A stretch of DNA of 64,000 bases from Amoebidium appalachense (lineage: Eukaryota; Protista; Ichthyosporea), in assembly GCA_963693365.1 (NCBI GenBank), contig CAVNZM010000009.1, forward strand, positions 7,297,408-7,361,407. Reading direction: 5' to 3'. The translations under genes were made by a program, and so were the position numbers. Of this stretch, positions 1 to 13,379 are shown in pieces. The notes under the pieces are model-generated. The model was not told the origin of the DNA, searched no databases, and saw only the letters and a program-made list of their open reading frames with translations. Position 1 is the stretch's first letter. Each line of letters opens with the position of its first letter.

Positions 1-561
1 AAGGAAAAAACTATGAAAACTTTTTGCTTCAGATGATGAGAGCGCCTCTCTCATACTCACATACACAAGCAATTCGCATTAACGACTATGATTGAAGCTG
101 ATATTAGTGTACCTTACCTGCTCATGCAAAACACATATCATCCACAGTTATCATCATGATGTCAGCCTATATCTGGGTTAAATGATATTTTTATAAAACC
201 GTTGAAAAAAAGGAATATGCCATGGCCAGCACGTTGATAATTTAAGGAATTTATGTACGAGTGGAAAGCCGGGTGCTCGGGGGTTCAAACGCTGCCAGCT
301 CGAGGCACAGAAACCAGTCCCAAAAGGGCACTGAGGCTTCCGGGCCATGCTGGGCCCCACCCACAATAGTGCACAGCTGCTGTTCTTTCTTTCTCTTGTT
401 CTCCCCCTCCCCCCCACCCCCACCCCCACCTCCCCCCCCAAAAAGGAAAGAATAAAAAAAAGAAAGAAAAGGAAAGAAAGAAAGAAAGAAAAGAAGGGTC
501 TGTCACAGGGTCGCTGAGGGGGAGGGGGCAGGGGAAGAGGAGGGGGGGGGGGGGAGAGAGA

Positions 562-606
<45 letters not shown>

Positions 607-1721
607 GGGGGGGAGGATTGGCCAGAGGGGAGCGGGAGTGGAAGGACTCAAGCACACGGTGACAGACATGGAAAGGCATGCCATGAATAATAATAAAAAA
701 GGGGAAAAAAGAAAAAAAGAAAAGAAGGGTCGCTGAGGGGGAGGGGGAGGGATGGGGGGGTTGGCGGAGGAGAGGGGGCGGAGGGGGGGGAGGGGGGGAG
801 GGGGGAGGGGGGGGGGTTTGGGCGGGGGGGGGGGGGGGGGGGGGGGGGGAGGAGGGGGGAGGGGGAGAGGGGAAGAAGGGAGCTACATCATGACAGACAT
901 GGAAGGGCATGCCACGAACACAGATTGGCAGACTCCCCAGATCCTGGAAGAGCATGCATCTAGCACCGATTCGGAAACATGGGGTGGAAATGAGGAGAGC
1001 CACCACCTGACGTGTATCCTTCTGGCAGCACCAACAAACTCCTTCTTTAGATATCTACCAACACTCAACACCTGGCCATGGCCAGCTACCAGTAGGAGAA
1101 AATAAAGAAGACATGCCAAAAAAGAGACAACACCATAGCCTCCCCCCCCCCCCCCCCCTCCCCCCCCCCCCCCCCTGTCTCCCCCAAACCCCACTTACCC
1201 ACCCACCCAACCACCTACCCACCCATCCACCACCAAAATTACCCGCACCTAGGCTGTGCGTTTTGGGCCGGATGTGAAGTAGGGCTGGTTTGTCAGCACA
1301 ACAACGGAAATTTTTGAAGGCCATGGCCATGGCCATTGAGATGAAACTTTCGCTATGATAAACATTGTGCTTGTCCTGGCTAAGCTACACCGGGCGTGAT
1401 GTACAGAGTTCTAGTGGTCAATGTGCACTTATAGCCCTTAGCAACTCTGCTTGGCCTAGGTGGACATGGCATCTCGAGTGCATTTGAAATACAATAAGGA
1501 CATAATGGCGGGATCAGCTGCATAAAACATCCATCCAAACTTGTCACAGTGTTCTTGTGCATGCAAAAACAAGAACAAGCTAACTTCACAAAGGGATGTA
1601 TGCCCGGAACGGTTGTTGCGGGCGTCTCTTTCGTTTTTTCCTGGCAGTGTGTGCTACTACACCTCACTTTTGGAATGTTCTTCGAGTTGAACAAAATTTG
1701 ACTTGAATGAGGGCATAATCA

Positions 1722-2000
1722 TGGTGGAATATGATGTCAACACTTTCGTTGGTGGAATATGATGTCAACACTTTCGTTGATCAGTTACATTTATTTTGTT
1801 CTTATTATTACATCTTACTTCCGAGTCACTGTCAGCTGCCACTAGCCTTTTTATTTTTAGAAGAAAAATGAAATCTTGAAGTCTGCTAGAGAGCACAGTT
1901 ACTATGCAAGACTCTTAGCTGCCACTAGAGTTTTTATTTTTAGAAGAAAAATGAAATCTTGAAGTCTGCTAGAGAGCACAGTTACTATGCAAGACTCTTA
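1722..2000. repeat. Two adjacent direct duplications (~28 bp x2 and ~84 bp x2)
   Basis: tggtggaatatgatgtcaacactttcgt occurs twice (~1722-1778). agctgccactag...gttactatgcaagactctta occurs twice (~1834-2000). Confidence 0.85.
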
Positions 2001-2360
2001 AGACATAGCAGGTTGTGCATGTATGACGCCACGTGACATCGTGCACGTGCACTTGTTGGTGTGGCACAGTGCCGGTGGCGGAACTTTGTGCCCGCCGGCC
2101 GGCCGGCCACTGGGCTAGGCGACAAAACCTCACCCAAATACCCAAACCTAAACCCAGATTCCTAGATTTAATATTAGTATTGACGGTCGATTGGATACTG
2201 AAATATTGCGTTTCAATCTGCTACCAATCATCGGCCAGCACCATCAAGCACCTTTGGTAGCACATCTTTTCCAAATATGGCAGGTAACTTGGGTTTCACG
2301 GTCCAAAATCTGGGTTTGGGATAGGGGGGGGGGGGGGGGGGATAGGAGAGGTACGGTCAT

Positions 2361-2410
<50 letters not shown>

Positions 2411-2835
2411 CTTCCAGATTCCCAAACCCTGCCAAACCCAAATCTTCAGCGACAACAAGAAGAAGCAAGAAAACGCCAAGAACTAAGATTTAAGCATATT
2501 TCTGGTACATTTTCGGCTGAAAAATAATGTCTTATTACGCAACATAAATATTTGTATGTTTTATAATGATTTATTATGGTATACATTTTTTGTTTCTTAA
2601 TAATACATGGGCGTGCAGTGCGAAGCGGCGGTCATGCCGCATGCGTGACATCTGGGTTTAAAATCTAGGTTTGGGTTTGGGCACGGTATATGTAGCCGTC
2701 CACTATGGTGCTTGCGAGCAGAAGTGGCTCCCCAATGAAAACCCTCCAATTCAGAGTAGTCTTACATTGTGCCAGTAGCCGCGCGGCGCCCGCGGCCGCG
2801 GCCGGCGCGCTGCCACGGTGGCGGTGGCTCATACT

Positions 2836-3708
2836 GGACCTGTGTGATCAGCCCGCTGCCCGGGCCAGATGTCGATGGGCCCGGCGGCGCCTCCGCCCAG
2901 CCTGTCGGCAGGACAGATGCGTGAGCCACGGGCCGGTCAAGCTCGGCGACCCAGCCGGGCCTGTCACATTTTCGGGAACATTTTTTCTATTTTCAGCTTT
3001 TCTTTTGTCTCAGTTTTTTCAGTTTTTTTCTCAGCATCTTTCGAAGTGGGCGAGAAATTAGTAGAAAATGTGGCCACCCTCAGAAGAAGAGCTTGTAATA
3101 CATGCTGTTTATAACATCAGCTGCTCAATCATGTTTGCTGTTGTTGGAAGGGTTTGTTACGGCTCTGGTAAATGCCGGCTATAACATGGCTTTACAGAAC
3201 TCTCAGGCCTTGGTTTCCATAGCTAGGGCCGCTTGGGTGTCTGAAGAGTTTGGTGGGACTGTGGTTTCTGACGGGTTTGAGGTTCCCACACGTTTTTTAA
3301 TAATGAGCGCAATGCAGGCAGAAATCACTTTCCATCCTATACAACATCTAAATGGCACGAAGCTGGGGTGCAGTGTACTGAGGCTGACTCATGTTTGCGG
3401 TGTCGTGTTATTTGGAAAAACGGGCGATGCAAACTGACCTCAACCGCCAGCGTCGCTGCTTTATGAAGGCTGCGTGAACTCTGCCGCCATAAACAGCCAA
3501 TCAATGTTAAGCGCGCAAAAACTTTTAGCCAATCAGCGTTAATTGGCGACGAACCCTGACGGGATGGAAATCGACACCTCATTTTATGGCCGACAGGCTC
3601 GTCGGGCCCGGCCAGGTCTAATCACACAGATCGTTGAACTGATACGAGGAATTTGACCGCATACCAACGGCCGACGAGCCCCCGGCGGCGAGCTGATCAC
3701 ACAGGTCC
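2836..3708. mobile_element. Non-autonomous TIR element (MITE-like, 3-bp TSD, possibly PIF/Harbinger type)
   Basis: Left end GGACCTGTGTGATCAGCcCGCtGCC is the reverse complement of right end GGCGGCGAGCTGATCACACAGGTCC (17 perfect terminal bp, ~28 bp imperfect). ACT flanks both sides (2833-2835, 3709-3711). No transposase ORF. Confidence 0.65.
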
Positions 3709-4941
3709 ACTCGGAGTCACGGGCCTGGCCCGGATCTTGTGGTCACCAGTGTACGATGTCTGTCAGTGCCCGAGTTCCATGGCTCACTGACACCCCCTTG
3801 CTCTAAGGAGACACACTTTTATGATGACGTGGAGTAAGACAATCAACTATTCAGTGAAAAATATTAATAAAGAAGATAATTCCAGCTGAATTAGAACCAT
3901 TTTTTGGTATAATCAAAATAACTTGACAGGCTAATGATGGTTTCTTGTGGTAGCTCGCACAATGGTGTTCAAGAATTTCGGTGGCTAGCTTGGACCCCAG
4001 CACAACTTTTTGTACATGTAGTCCCTGAAAAGTTTTTTTCTACAATCAGTTTGAGGTTAAGTATGGAATAGAACTTAAAACCAAACGTTATACCAGTTCA
4101 ACTCAACATTTATTTCATTAATTTATGATTAAGCTAATATTAATGAATCTAAATCTTGTTTTCCGCGTACTTTTAGTTATCTGTGATAGTGATTGGAAAT
4201 TTATATAACTTATCGCCTCGCAATTTTCGGCGAGCTGGAGGGAATTCAGCCGCAACTTTTCAACGTCAAGTGACTCAAGTCGATTTGACGATAAGTTTCA
4301 GCCAATCACAGCTATGGCAACTAGGTGTTCGATATTTTTATTGCCATTACCACACCATGTGAAAGCCACGCACCTACGTAATCAAAAACGTTTAAGATAA
4401 ATTATAAATATTTAACGGTTGCTTTTTAAATATTCGGGAACTACATTTGAGCGCTAATTACAGGAGCTCAATAAATACCAGGATCTATCTGCTTGGTCAA
4501 TGCTCTTTCGTGATAAATAACGAATCAGACGCAAACGTTTCACCATTTCTTGAAAGCGTGCAGATGAGGATATCGATAACTACCACAGAAGGTTACCCAT
4601 TGAAGTGATTGAACTAGGAGCTTTAGCTAAAAAAAGAACAAGTTTAGTAAAATGCTTCATGTATTTTCACAAAATAAACCAAATTAAAATTATTATCGCA
4701 TGAAGAAAACTTGCTACAAAATTTATAGAGACAAGCTCACCGTCTAAAACCAACTTGCATCAGGAGAAGTTATGAGAAACGTACCAATTTACCCTATTTC
4801 TCTTGCATTCCTTTTCTGATTCGACAACGCCATGTTCCGAAGATAAGGCAGATAAATGATTTTCCACAGTGATTGGTTGTATAACCGATGACTTATCTTT
4901 CATTCGATAATTGTCACGAATCGGTGTAGCCATAAAGAGGG

Positions 4942-4950
4942 ATATATAAA
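4942..4950 (+). promoter_or_regulatory. Putative TATA box upstream of PNRC-like gene
   Basis: ATATATAAA about 110 bp before ATG 5055, with CCAAT-type motifs nearby. Confidence 0.4.
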
Positions 4951-5054
4951 CGAGGCCAATGTAGTGTACTTACCCAGATGAATGACGAATTCTTAGTTTG
5001 CCGATTAGTAAAGGTCCTTTGTCTCTTGTTTGCTTTTCATTTTATACATCAAAC

Positions 5055-5414
5055 ATGTCTACGCAAGTATGTCAGTCCACCCCACGCCGGAGTCCCAAGG
5101 GCAATGGTCGGCGGTCACCAAATGTTACGCCGAACCAGCGCAAACAACGCTCTCCTCGCGCTGATTTCCACGTCGAAAGACGCCAACGTTTTGAGTCTTC
5201 CTCGTCTGACTCTGGCGAGGATTCTGAAAATTGTTACGAAAGTGGTTCTCATGCTACGTGTGCCCCTGAACCTAGCGCCCTCCCTCCTCCTCCCGTGGAG
5301 TGGCTTGGTATTCCTCTCTACGCACCTCGTCCTGCTCACTGTGTTGCGGAGGAGGCGGGTGTTCATCTCCGAGCTCTTCTGGGTTTGGAGCGTCCCATGA
5401 TGGCTTGTGCCTAA
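5055..5414 (+). CDS. PNRC-like (proline-rich nuclear receptor coactivator / decapping-activator-like) protein, 119 aa, single exon
   Basis: Basic, Ser-rich disordered N-terminus, then YESGSHATCAPEPSALPPPPVEW (cf. PNRC2 [22 protein letters not shown]) and C-terminal LRALL (LxxLL, cf. LKTLL). Confidence 0.65.
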   Translation: MSTQVCQSTPRRSPKGNGRRSPNVTPNQRKQRSPRADFHVERRQRFESSSSDSGEDSENCYESGSHATCAPEPSALPPPPVEWLGIPLYAPRPAHCVAEEAGVHLRALLGLERPMMACA

Positions 5415-6401
5415 ACGACAACTTCTGAAGTTTTCCAACGAATGCTGTACAGCTTTGCTGACGACTTCTGCTTCCTGGTGAGCGATCTTTGACGACGTGC
5501 TGGTTGAGACGAATCGAAAATGTTGTGAATATGTCGTGTACTTGTTCTGTAATACCTTTTTTTGTTTGCGACGCGCGCGAGTTGGGTGTTTTTTTGCGGC
5601 CGGCGATGAGTGTACGGGGCTACGGTTTGATTGCTCCACGTTTTATAGAAAGTGGAACGAACCATATGCTTCCAGAATTTGCCATGTTCACCCAAGAGTA
5701 CCAAATGATGCTCCTGTTCGCAAAGAGCTCCTGAAACGCGATTGAGACAAGCAGTTGCTTGGCGGAACAACCGACGGGGAAATATTTTTGCTCTTCGTTC
5801 GGCTTTTGTCACAGCAAGAAACCTGCTATCTGCGAGTCTTCGAGTCAACTCTGATACACCTGTTTTGTACTCCTTGGCAAGCCAATTGTGTGCTTGTCGG
5901 CTGCGTTTTGCGGCCGCCGTGGAGTAACCACGGCTATTTAGCTTTTTTCAAAGCTAATACTTCTCAAAGAGTTATCATACATCCAGGACGGAACCCGGTT
6001 GGTTCCTTATTAGGTGGAGCAAATCTTTTGTTGTGTTTTCTGCCAACGAGTCAACTCTGATATAGAGAGCCCCTGATATGTGCTTCTTGGGCCACTGTTG
6101 GCTTTCGCCTGTTGGCTATCTTGTGTGGCTACGTTTAGCGAGTTTAGCTTCATTGGTGAGTAAACCGTGACCCCGCAACTTTTTTTTTCGTTTCCCTCCC
6201 AAGCATGCTGTGGTACGCTTGTTCGAAATACGACCTTGCAAGTGAACTCACTACAGCTGTCCACTTTCAACTTAGAACATCGCAATGGATCTTTATGCTC
6301 CTGCCCTATAATAGTTGGTGGGCTCTGCTTGATGCATCTCGGTGGCACAGTCTGCTTGATGCATTTTCGGTGCTGTGCCAGTTGGCTGTCTTCCATAAGC
6401 T

Positions 6402-6502
6402 TCTCCCATGCAAATGCAACTTCAACATCCAGGGTACGCACACGACGATCTCCTTGTTCAGGAATTTTACCCTGGATGTTGAAGTTGCATTTGCATGGGA
6501 GA
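6402..6502. repeat. Perfect 35-bp inverted repeat with 31-nt loop
   Basis: TCTCCCATGCAAATGCAACTTCAACATCCAGGGTA (6402-6436) is the exact reverse complement of 6468-6502. Confidence 0.95.
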
Positions 6503-8160
6503 TAGCCAAGGCCGAGTAGAGTTTGGCTTATGTGAGCCCCACACAAGGCTGATGCATACGGCCTTGGTGTGAAAACATCGGTGATCATGATGAGTGCTGG
6601 GGCGAGCATGTGTGGGTGGAAGGGGGATTCCGTAAAAGCCTGTGTAGGTGGAAGGAGGATTTGCTTACGGTTGTGTAGAGATCTTTGCATTAATTCGATT
6701 GGTTTTTTGGGCTGCGAATTTGTTGGATCGTGATCATGATCAAGAACACACTGATCTGGACGATTGAGAATGAAATGATGGGGCACATGCAGGGACGCAC
6801 ACAGCGGCTATCATTTGAGATTTCTGATAATATTAGCTCAGATCTCTTCTTAGCCTATATTCCTGTATTAGCTTAGCTGAATTAATTAATATAGCTTATG
6901 GGCTATGGGGTACTCAGTGCTGGAGGCTGGTGTTTTATTCAGTTTGGTGTGGGCACCATGGCCAAACCGTTAAAAGTACTGTTTGGCAAAAAATTACGAA
7001 AACAAAATGTTGAATGGCCGATATTACGATCTAAATAAAAGCCATTATGAAAAAGATGAGGGATGTAATGCGGAGGTACCTGCCAAAGCATTTTTCTTTT
7101 TCCCTCCTTCTCCCAGAACGTCCGTGCGTGCGTGTGTGTGTAAGTATACGTGCACGTGTGTGTTTTGTACACGTGTGAATGCCTTTGCGCGCTGTACACA
7201 CATGTTTCGCCAGAGATATTTGACTTCTTCTTTCTTTTTGTGTGTGTGTTTTGCGCGTGTGTGTGCCTTTGTGCATAGAGAAATTTGACTTCTTCTTTTT
7301 TTTCTCTTGTGGGGTGTGTGCATTGAAGTGGTGGTGATGGTGTGTTTTGCGCGTGCGTGCGTGCCTGCCTGCGCGCACGCACGTGTTGCTGTTTGTGTGT
7401 GTATGTGCGTGCACACGCGCGTGTGTGTACTTGTGCAATATGTATATGGGCGTGTGTCACGGTGTATGTGTGTGTGCGCGCGCTCACGCGCATGTGTGTG
7501 TGTGTGTGTGGTGTTTATGTGTGTATGTGTGTGTGTGTTGGGGGGGAAGGGAGGGGGGGGAGGGGGGGGGGAGAGGAGGAGGAGGCTAGGGGGCAATTTA
7601 GGGGGGTTGTGCAAAGCCCATGATATCGATCATCAACTCGTAATGAGATACAAGCCGTTTAGAGGGATTTTAACTACATCTTACCCTTCTTTCTTTTTCT
7701 TTTTTTGTTGCCAATGAAGCAATGATGTGTGCTCTCGGTGGTGGTGGTGGTTTTTGGGGGGGAGGGGAGGGGGGGGGGGAGGGAGGGAGGGAGGGAGGGG
7801 AAGGGGGAGGAGAGGGGGGGCGAGGGGGGGGGAGGAGAGAGAGAGAAAGAGAGACAGAGAGAGAAAGTGAGAACGTTACAGAGAGAGAAAGAGAGAAAGT
7901 TACTTTTGTGTGCGCACGTGTGCGCGCGTGTGTGTAGGTGTGTATTTGTTGTTTTCTTGAGGGGGGGGGGGACATGCCGGCCGATGATACACACATTAGA
8001 CATATTGGGCGTTATAGGCATTAAAATCCACAGTTCTTTTGCCCAACGTCATCATAAGAGACCAGGGGCTGCGTGATTTTAAAGTTAAGCATAATATTTT
8101 TACCTACTACCTATAAACCATGATGATAGGACACTAACAACATAACAACATTATAGCTTT

Positions 8161-8258
8161 TACCATATATGATAGTTACGTTTGGCCATTTAGTCTTTAA
8201 AGGGGAGAGTACCATATATGATAGTTACTTTTGGCCATTTAGTCCTCAAAGGGGAGAG
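8161..8258. repeat. 49-bp tandem duplication
   Basis: taccatatatgatagttacNtttggccatttagtcYtYaaaggggagag occurs twice back to back. Confidence 0.85.
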
Positions 8259-8575
8259 CTAAGTCGTTAGTAAGTTAAACAGCAGGTATGATATCAATAA
8301 CTCGCACTCGAAATCACAAGACTCCGCAGCGCCTAATTTAGCGGACGTCGACTAGAATGCCTCTATATGTCAAGAGTGTCACAAAAACATAAAACCACAT
8401 GTGCCGTGTCACTGCAATTGCAATACTAGCTCAGAAACTCTAAAAAATTATCTAATGTATCTCGTGCACGCGAGAGAACGGGGATTGCCAAATTCAAATT
8501 ATATCGACCCAGCATATATATTAGCGGTTACATTTACAAGTTGCTAAATTAGACGGGATGATCACACATCCGCTT

Positions 8576-8640
<65 letters not shown>

Positions 8641-8711
8641 AACCCTTCCTCTCTCTCGCTCTCTCTCTCTCCCCCTCTCTGTCTGTCTCTCCTCTCTCTT
8701 CTCTCTCTCTA

Positions 8712-8742
<31 letters not shown>

Positions 8743-8761
8743 CACATACACACGAGTGCAA

Positions 8762-8852
<91 letters not shown>

Positions 8853-9292
8853 AACACACAAAAAAACAAACAAACAAACAAACCGTGACAAACAAACAAA
8901 CAAACAAGCAAAAAAACAAACAAACAAACACACACAAACAAACATAGACACACATGACGCCTAACAACAGCTGCGCACACACCAGCATGAAATGTAGCCT
9001 CCTCCAGGGTCAGTACCGTATGACTGTTTTCTCTAATTACTATGAACACAACACTATGTGATACCAGACATAAAGATTTTCTCTTGAAATTCGCTAACAA
9101 ACTCGATACGTATCCGAAATCCAGCTTTCGAACAACCATTTGCAAATGTCTAAGGGGTTTTTCTTGCTCCCCCAAAGACTAAACTACTAACACCACATTA
9201 ATAATTATACGACAGTGTGAGGTTTTTAGCCACAGAAAACATCTTAACTAAATAAAATTAGCTCACTGAACACAACCACCCCCGAAAGTTAC

Positions 9293-9795
9293 TCAAACAT
9301 GCACCGCCAGCTCGCTTTCATCTATCCTTTGCGTCGAAGCCATCTGACCAGCCAATAAGAAAGACTCGCTTCCGGCAGGGATGCTTCCAGAAAACGGCCC
9401 GTGGTCGTGCTCCGCCTCCAAGCCGCCATCTGATTGGTCAACGGTACTAGATCCCATCTTATCTCGGCGTAGCGGCGATACGAATTGCGTGTTTGTAGGT
9501 TCGCTGCGATTTCTGTTGCTTGACGCAAGATTGCTTTTGCTTCCCGCAAGAATATCTGGTTGCACCTCCTCTGGGCTGCTGACCAATCGGCTTGCGACAA
9601 GAAGTTTGTATGAGAAACACGTGCACACCGTGAGAATCGACATGAGCCACAGAGATGCACCAATCAGCATTAGGCGTTGGGCGATTGAACCAATCACGAG
9701 CGAGAGCGGGAATGTAACGGCTGTTGTGAGAGCCAATTGGAACACGGCGATGGCGGTCGTTTCTCGTTCTTTGAATGACGACAGTGCTTCGCGTG

Positions 9796-9859
<64 letters not shown>

Positions 9860-10065
9860 TGTGTTGTTGTGTGTGTGTGTATGTGCATGTTGTGTGTGTG
9901 TGGGTGTGGTGTTTGTGTGTATGTTTTTGTGTGTATGTGTTTGGGGGCGAGGGGGGGGGGGGGGGGGGGAGGGGGGAGGAGAGGAGGGAAGGGAATGAGT
10001 GAGCGGGTTAGTTATTGTATGTGTAATCTCTGCACCTTTCTCCTCCCCTCCTCGCCCCCATCCCC

Positions 10066-10144
<79 letters not shown>

Positions 10145-10659
10145 GTGTGTGGGTTGGGGGGGAGAAGGGGGAAGGGGGGAGGGGGGAAGGGGGGGGGGGA
10201 ACGTTATTGTGCTGTTACCAGGCTTCACCTTTCTCCCTCCTCCTCCCCCCTCTCCCCCCTCCCCCCAACACACCCACCCACCCCACACCCCACCCCGTGT
10301 GTGATTGTATGTGTGCGCGCACACTTGCTATGTGTGTGTGTGTGTGTGGTGGGGAACGAGAGGCGGGGAGAAGGGGGGGGGGGGGGGGGGGGGGGGGAGG
10401 AGGGGGTGTTTATTATGTCGGTGTGCGTGCGCATGTGTGCGCGGGTATGTCTGTGTTGTGTATGTTAGTGTTGCGTGCGCCTTATAACATGTGCGCTCAA
10501 GTGTGTACAATATGTGTATATGGTGATATGTGTGTGCCTGTGTGTTTGCCTGTGTTTGCGTGGATCAGCAATCACGTGTTTTGTGATGTTTGGTTGCATA
10601 GTGGTTGTGTGTACATCAGCGTGTTTCTGTGCCTGTGTCCGTGTACTTTGTACGAGCAC

Positions 10660-10699
<40 letters not shown>

Positions 10700-10873
10700 T
10701 CTACGGGAAGTCTGCCCCTCCTTGTGTGCTAATATAATAATTGCATAGCCATTCCAAATCAGATTTGATTTTGTTTCTCACCATCTTCTTCTTTCTTTCT
10801 TTATTTTTTCTTTATCTTTCTTTTTTTGTTTGGTAGTTTTGGGAGGTAGCGGTGGTGGTGGTGGTGGTGGTGG

Positions 10874-10936
<63 letters not shown>

Positions 10937-11001
10937 TTGTCAGTGTGTTGTGTGCGTGTGTGAATGCCTGTTTTTTTTTTTGTTTCTTTTTTTTTTTTTT
11001 G

Positions 11002-11040
<39 letters not shown>

Positions 11041-12770
11041 AGGGGGTAGGGGGGTATATGGTAACATACCCTGAAAGCCTCAATGCATGTGCCAACAATC
11101 ACAATACAGTCGTACATAATAAGCGTAAGTCCGGCCGGAGAAAGAAATTCCCAATCGTACACAAGCGTATAGAAGCTCCCAAGTCGATTTTCGCCCACCA
11201 TTTGGGTAAATGTAGACGTGCTGTACGATAAAGGGTTGCTCACTAATAGCGCCACGACCAAAGCAATCTGGATAATCGGGATTATCGCTGCGATCAATCG
11301 CGATTTGTTCTCAATTTTCGCCCTTTTGGCGTCGTTCTCGATCAACGCCTGTTGGTGTGCGGCGTGTGCAAGAGATCCCGCGGTTCGATGCACGCGGCTG
11401 AAAGTCCCCACCATGCTAATTTCGCTCTGCGCCAGTTGCGTTTGAAACTCGTAAATTAGGAGCCTGGACAAAAGAACCCCCCACACCATCGCCATCCCCA
11501 CCAACGCGAATCCGGCAGCAATCTCCCGATTGATCGTGTAAGTTGGCATTCCAGGGATTAACGCTAGTGCCAGATTGGCCAGCATGCAACCAATCACGAG
11601 GACCGCGGAAAGCTCCGGATTTCCTACGGCGACCGCCGGGTGCTTACGGAAATACACGACACCGAGTGCAATAAATAGATTTACGGCGAGCCCCAAAAAG
11701 CACAACACATAAAGTGTGTAGCCGAGGGGGGATTCGTCCCCTATATACCCACAATCCCGATAGATGGGGTCTGGGAGGGGGTCCGCGCCCCGCTGCTTGC
11801 ACAATCCTGGGATATAATCAAATCGAAATTTCACAGCGCCGCTGCTGTCACAAGTCCCCCCGCTCGCAGATATGTATTTTCCGTCGTAGGTGCACAGAGG
11901 TTGAGTCAAGTCCGCCAACTCATACCCGAACTCTCTTGAAATTCCGGTTATGTCTCTGTTATGGTTTGTAATTTCCACAAACATTCTCCGGTAGGGCCGT
12001 TTTCCGAATATCTCGCCGATATCCCGTGGGGCTCCCAAAGCATCAGATAATGACCGCGCAAACGGAGCCGACTCCAACATTTGAGATATGTACGGGATAG
12101 TCGTGTTCGAATTTTCAGGTGCCCAAATTTTCGTCCACAGGGGGTGGGGTCGTAGACTCTAGGATTGCTAACTAAACCGTTGAGTGAGAGGGCTAGGCCG
12201 TGGATGTATGGCTGGGTGGGGTCGCTCAGCCGCCAGATAAATTCCCACCCGAGGTTGGCGGAATCTGATGAAACCCCCCTGCACGAATTTTCAGAGTGGT
12301 CAGTTGATTGGCGGGTCATTCATATCATAGTTTCGGTCAGCAGCTGTAATGGGTTGATGCAGGTTTTCGCAGTGTTGCCTTATATTCCTCCTTTTTTATT
12401 GCTTTGTTATCAATAGAGAAATGACAACCAAATCTGCATGTAAATACATAGGTTGCCTGATAAAATTCACGTTGCCAGCTGTTTATTCCCTTATCTGAGG
12501 TATTGTTCACACCCCTGAAGCTATCAAGACCCCTCCCCCTCCCCTTCCCCCCTTTCCCCTCCCCTCCCCCCTCCCCCCTCCCCCCTTCAACCCTTTCCTT
12601 GCTTTCCCTCCCATATATACCTCCCCTCACCACCTCCTTTTCATGAGGATTGTCCTCTCTATCCTGGTGCAATCCCCCCCCCCCCCCCCCCCCCCAAAAC
12701 CCAAATGCCCAGCTCAGAAACTCCACCAGTCGTTTACTCAAGGTCCAAATCGTCCCCCCCCCCACACACA

Positions 12771-12825
<55 letters not shown>

Positions 12826-12966
12826 ACACCCACACACCCACACACGCACGCACGCACACACACACACACACACACTGACGCGCACACACACACACACACA
12901 CACACAGACACACACAGACGCACGCGCACGCACGCACACACACACGCACACGCACACGCACACGCA

Positions 12967-13064
<98 letters not shown>

Positions 13065-13324
13065 CACACACACACACACACAAGCTTACACACACTGTCC
13101 ACACAGACACAGGTCTATCCCATCCATTCACACAGACACCCTTCATCCCCTGTTAGTTGCTTTCCCCACCAGTCCCACCACTCATGCTCCAGTGATTTGG
13201 AGGACGAGCAAGGCGGACGAAATGAGAGGGAGGGAGGGGGGAGGGGGAGGGGGGGGGGGGGGGGGGATGGGGGGGAAGTTACAATGTTTTTTTTTCCCCC
13301 AAAGTTTTTTCCTTTTTTTTTTTT

Positions 13325-13379
<55 letters not shown>

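Noticed and set aside
260-1105. Possible exon fragments with duplicated GACAGACATGGAARGGCATGCCA
   Set aside because: No recognisable protein or consistent splice phases.
1722-2000. Direct repeats as a CRISPR-like array
   Set aside because: Only two adjacent copies each, no spacers, eukaryotic context.
2130-2685. CCCAAACCCAAA/TTTGGGTTTGGG motifs as telomeric repeats or TIRs
   Set aside because: Only short scattered copies in both orientations, with no tandem array or TSD.
6010-6786. 258-aa minus-strand ORF
   Set aside because: GTG start, no recognisable domain, and it spans the perfect hairpin.
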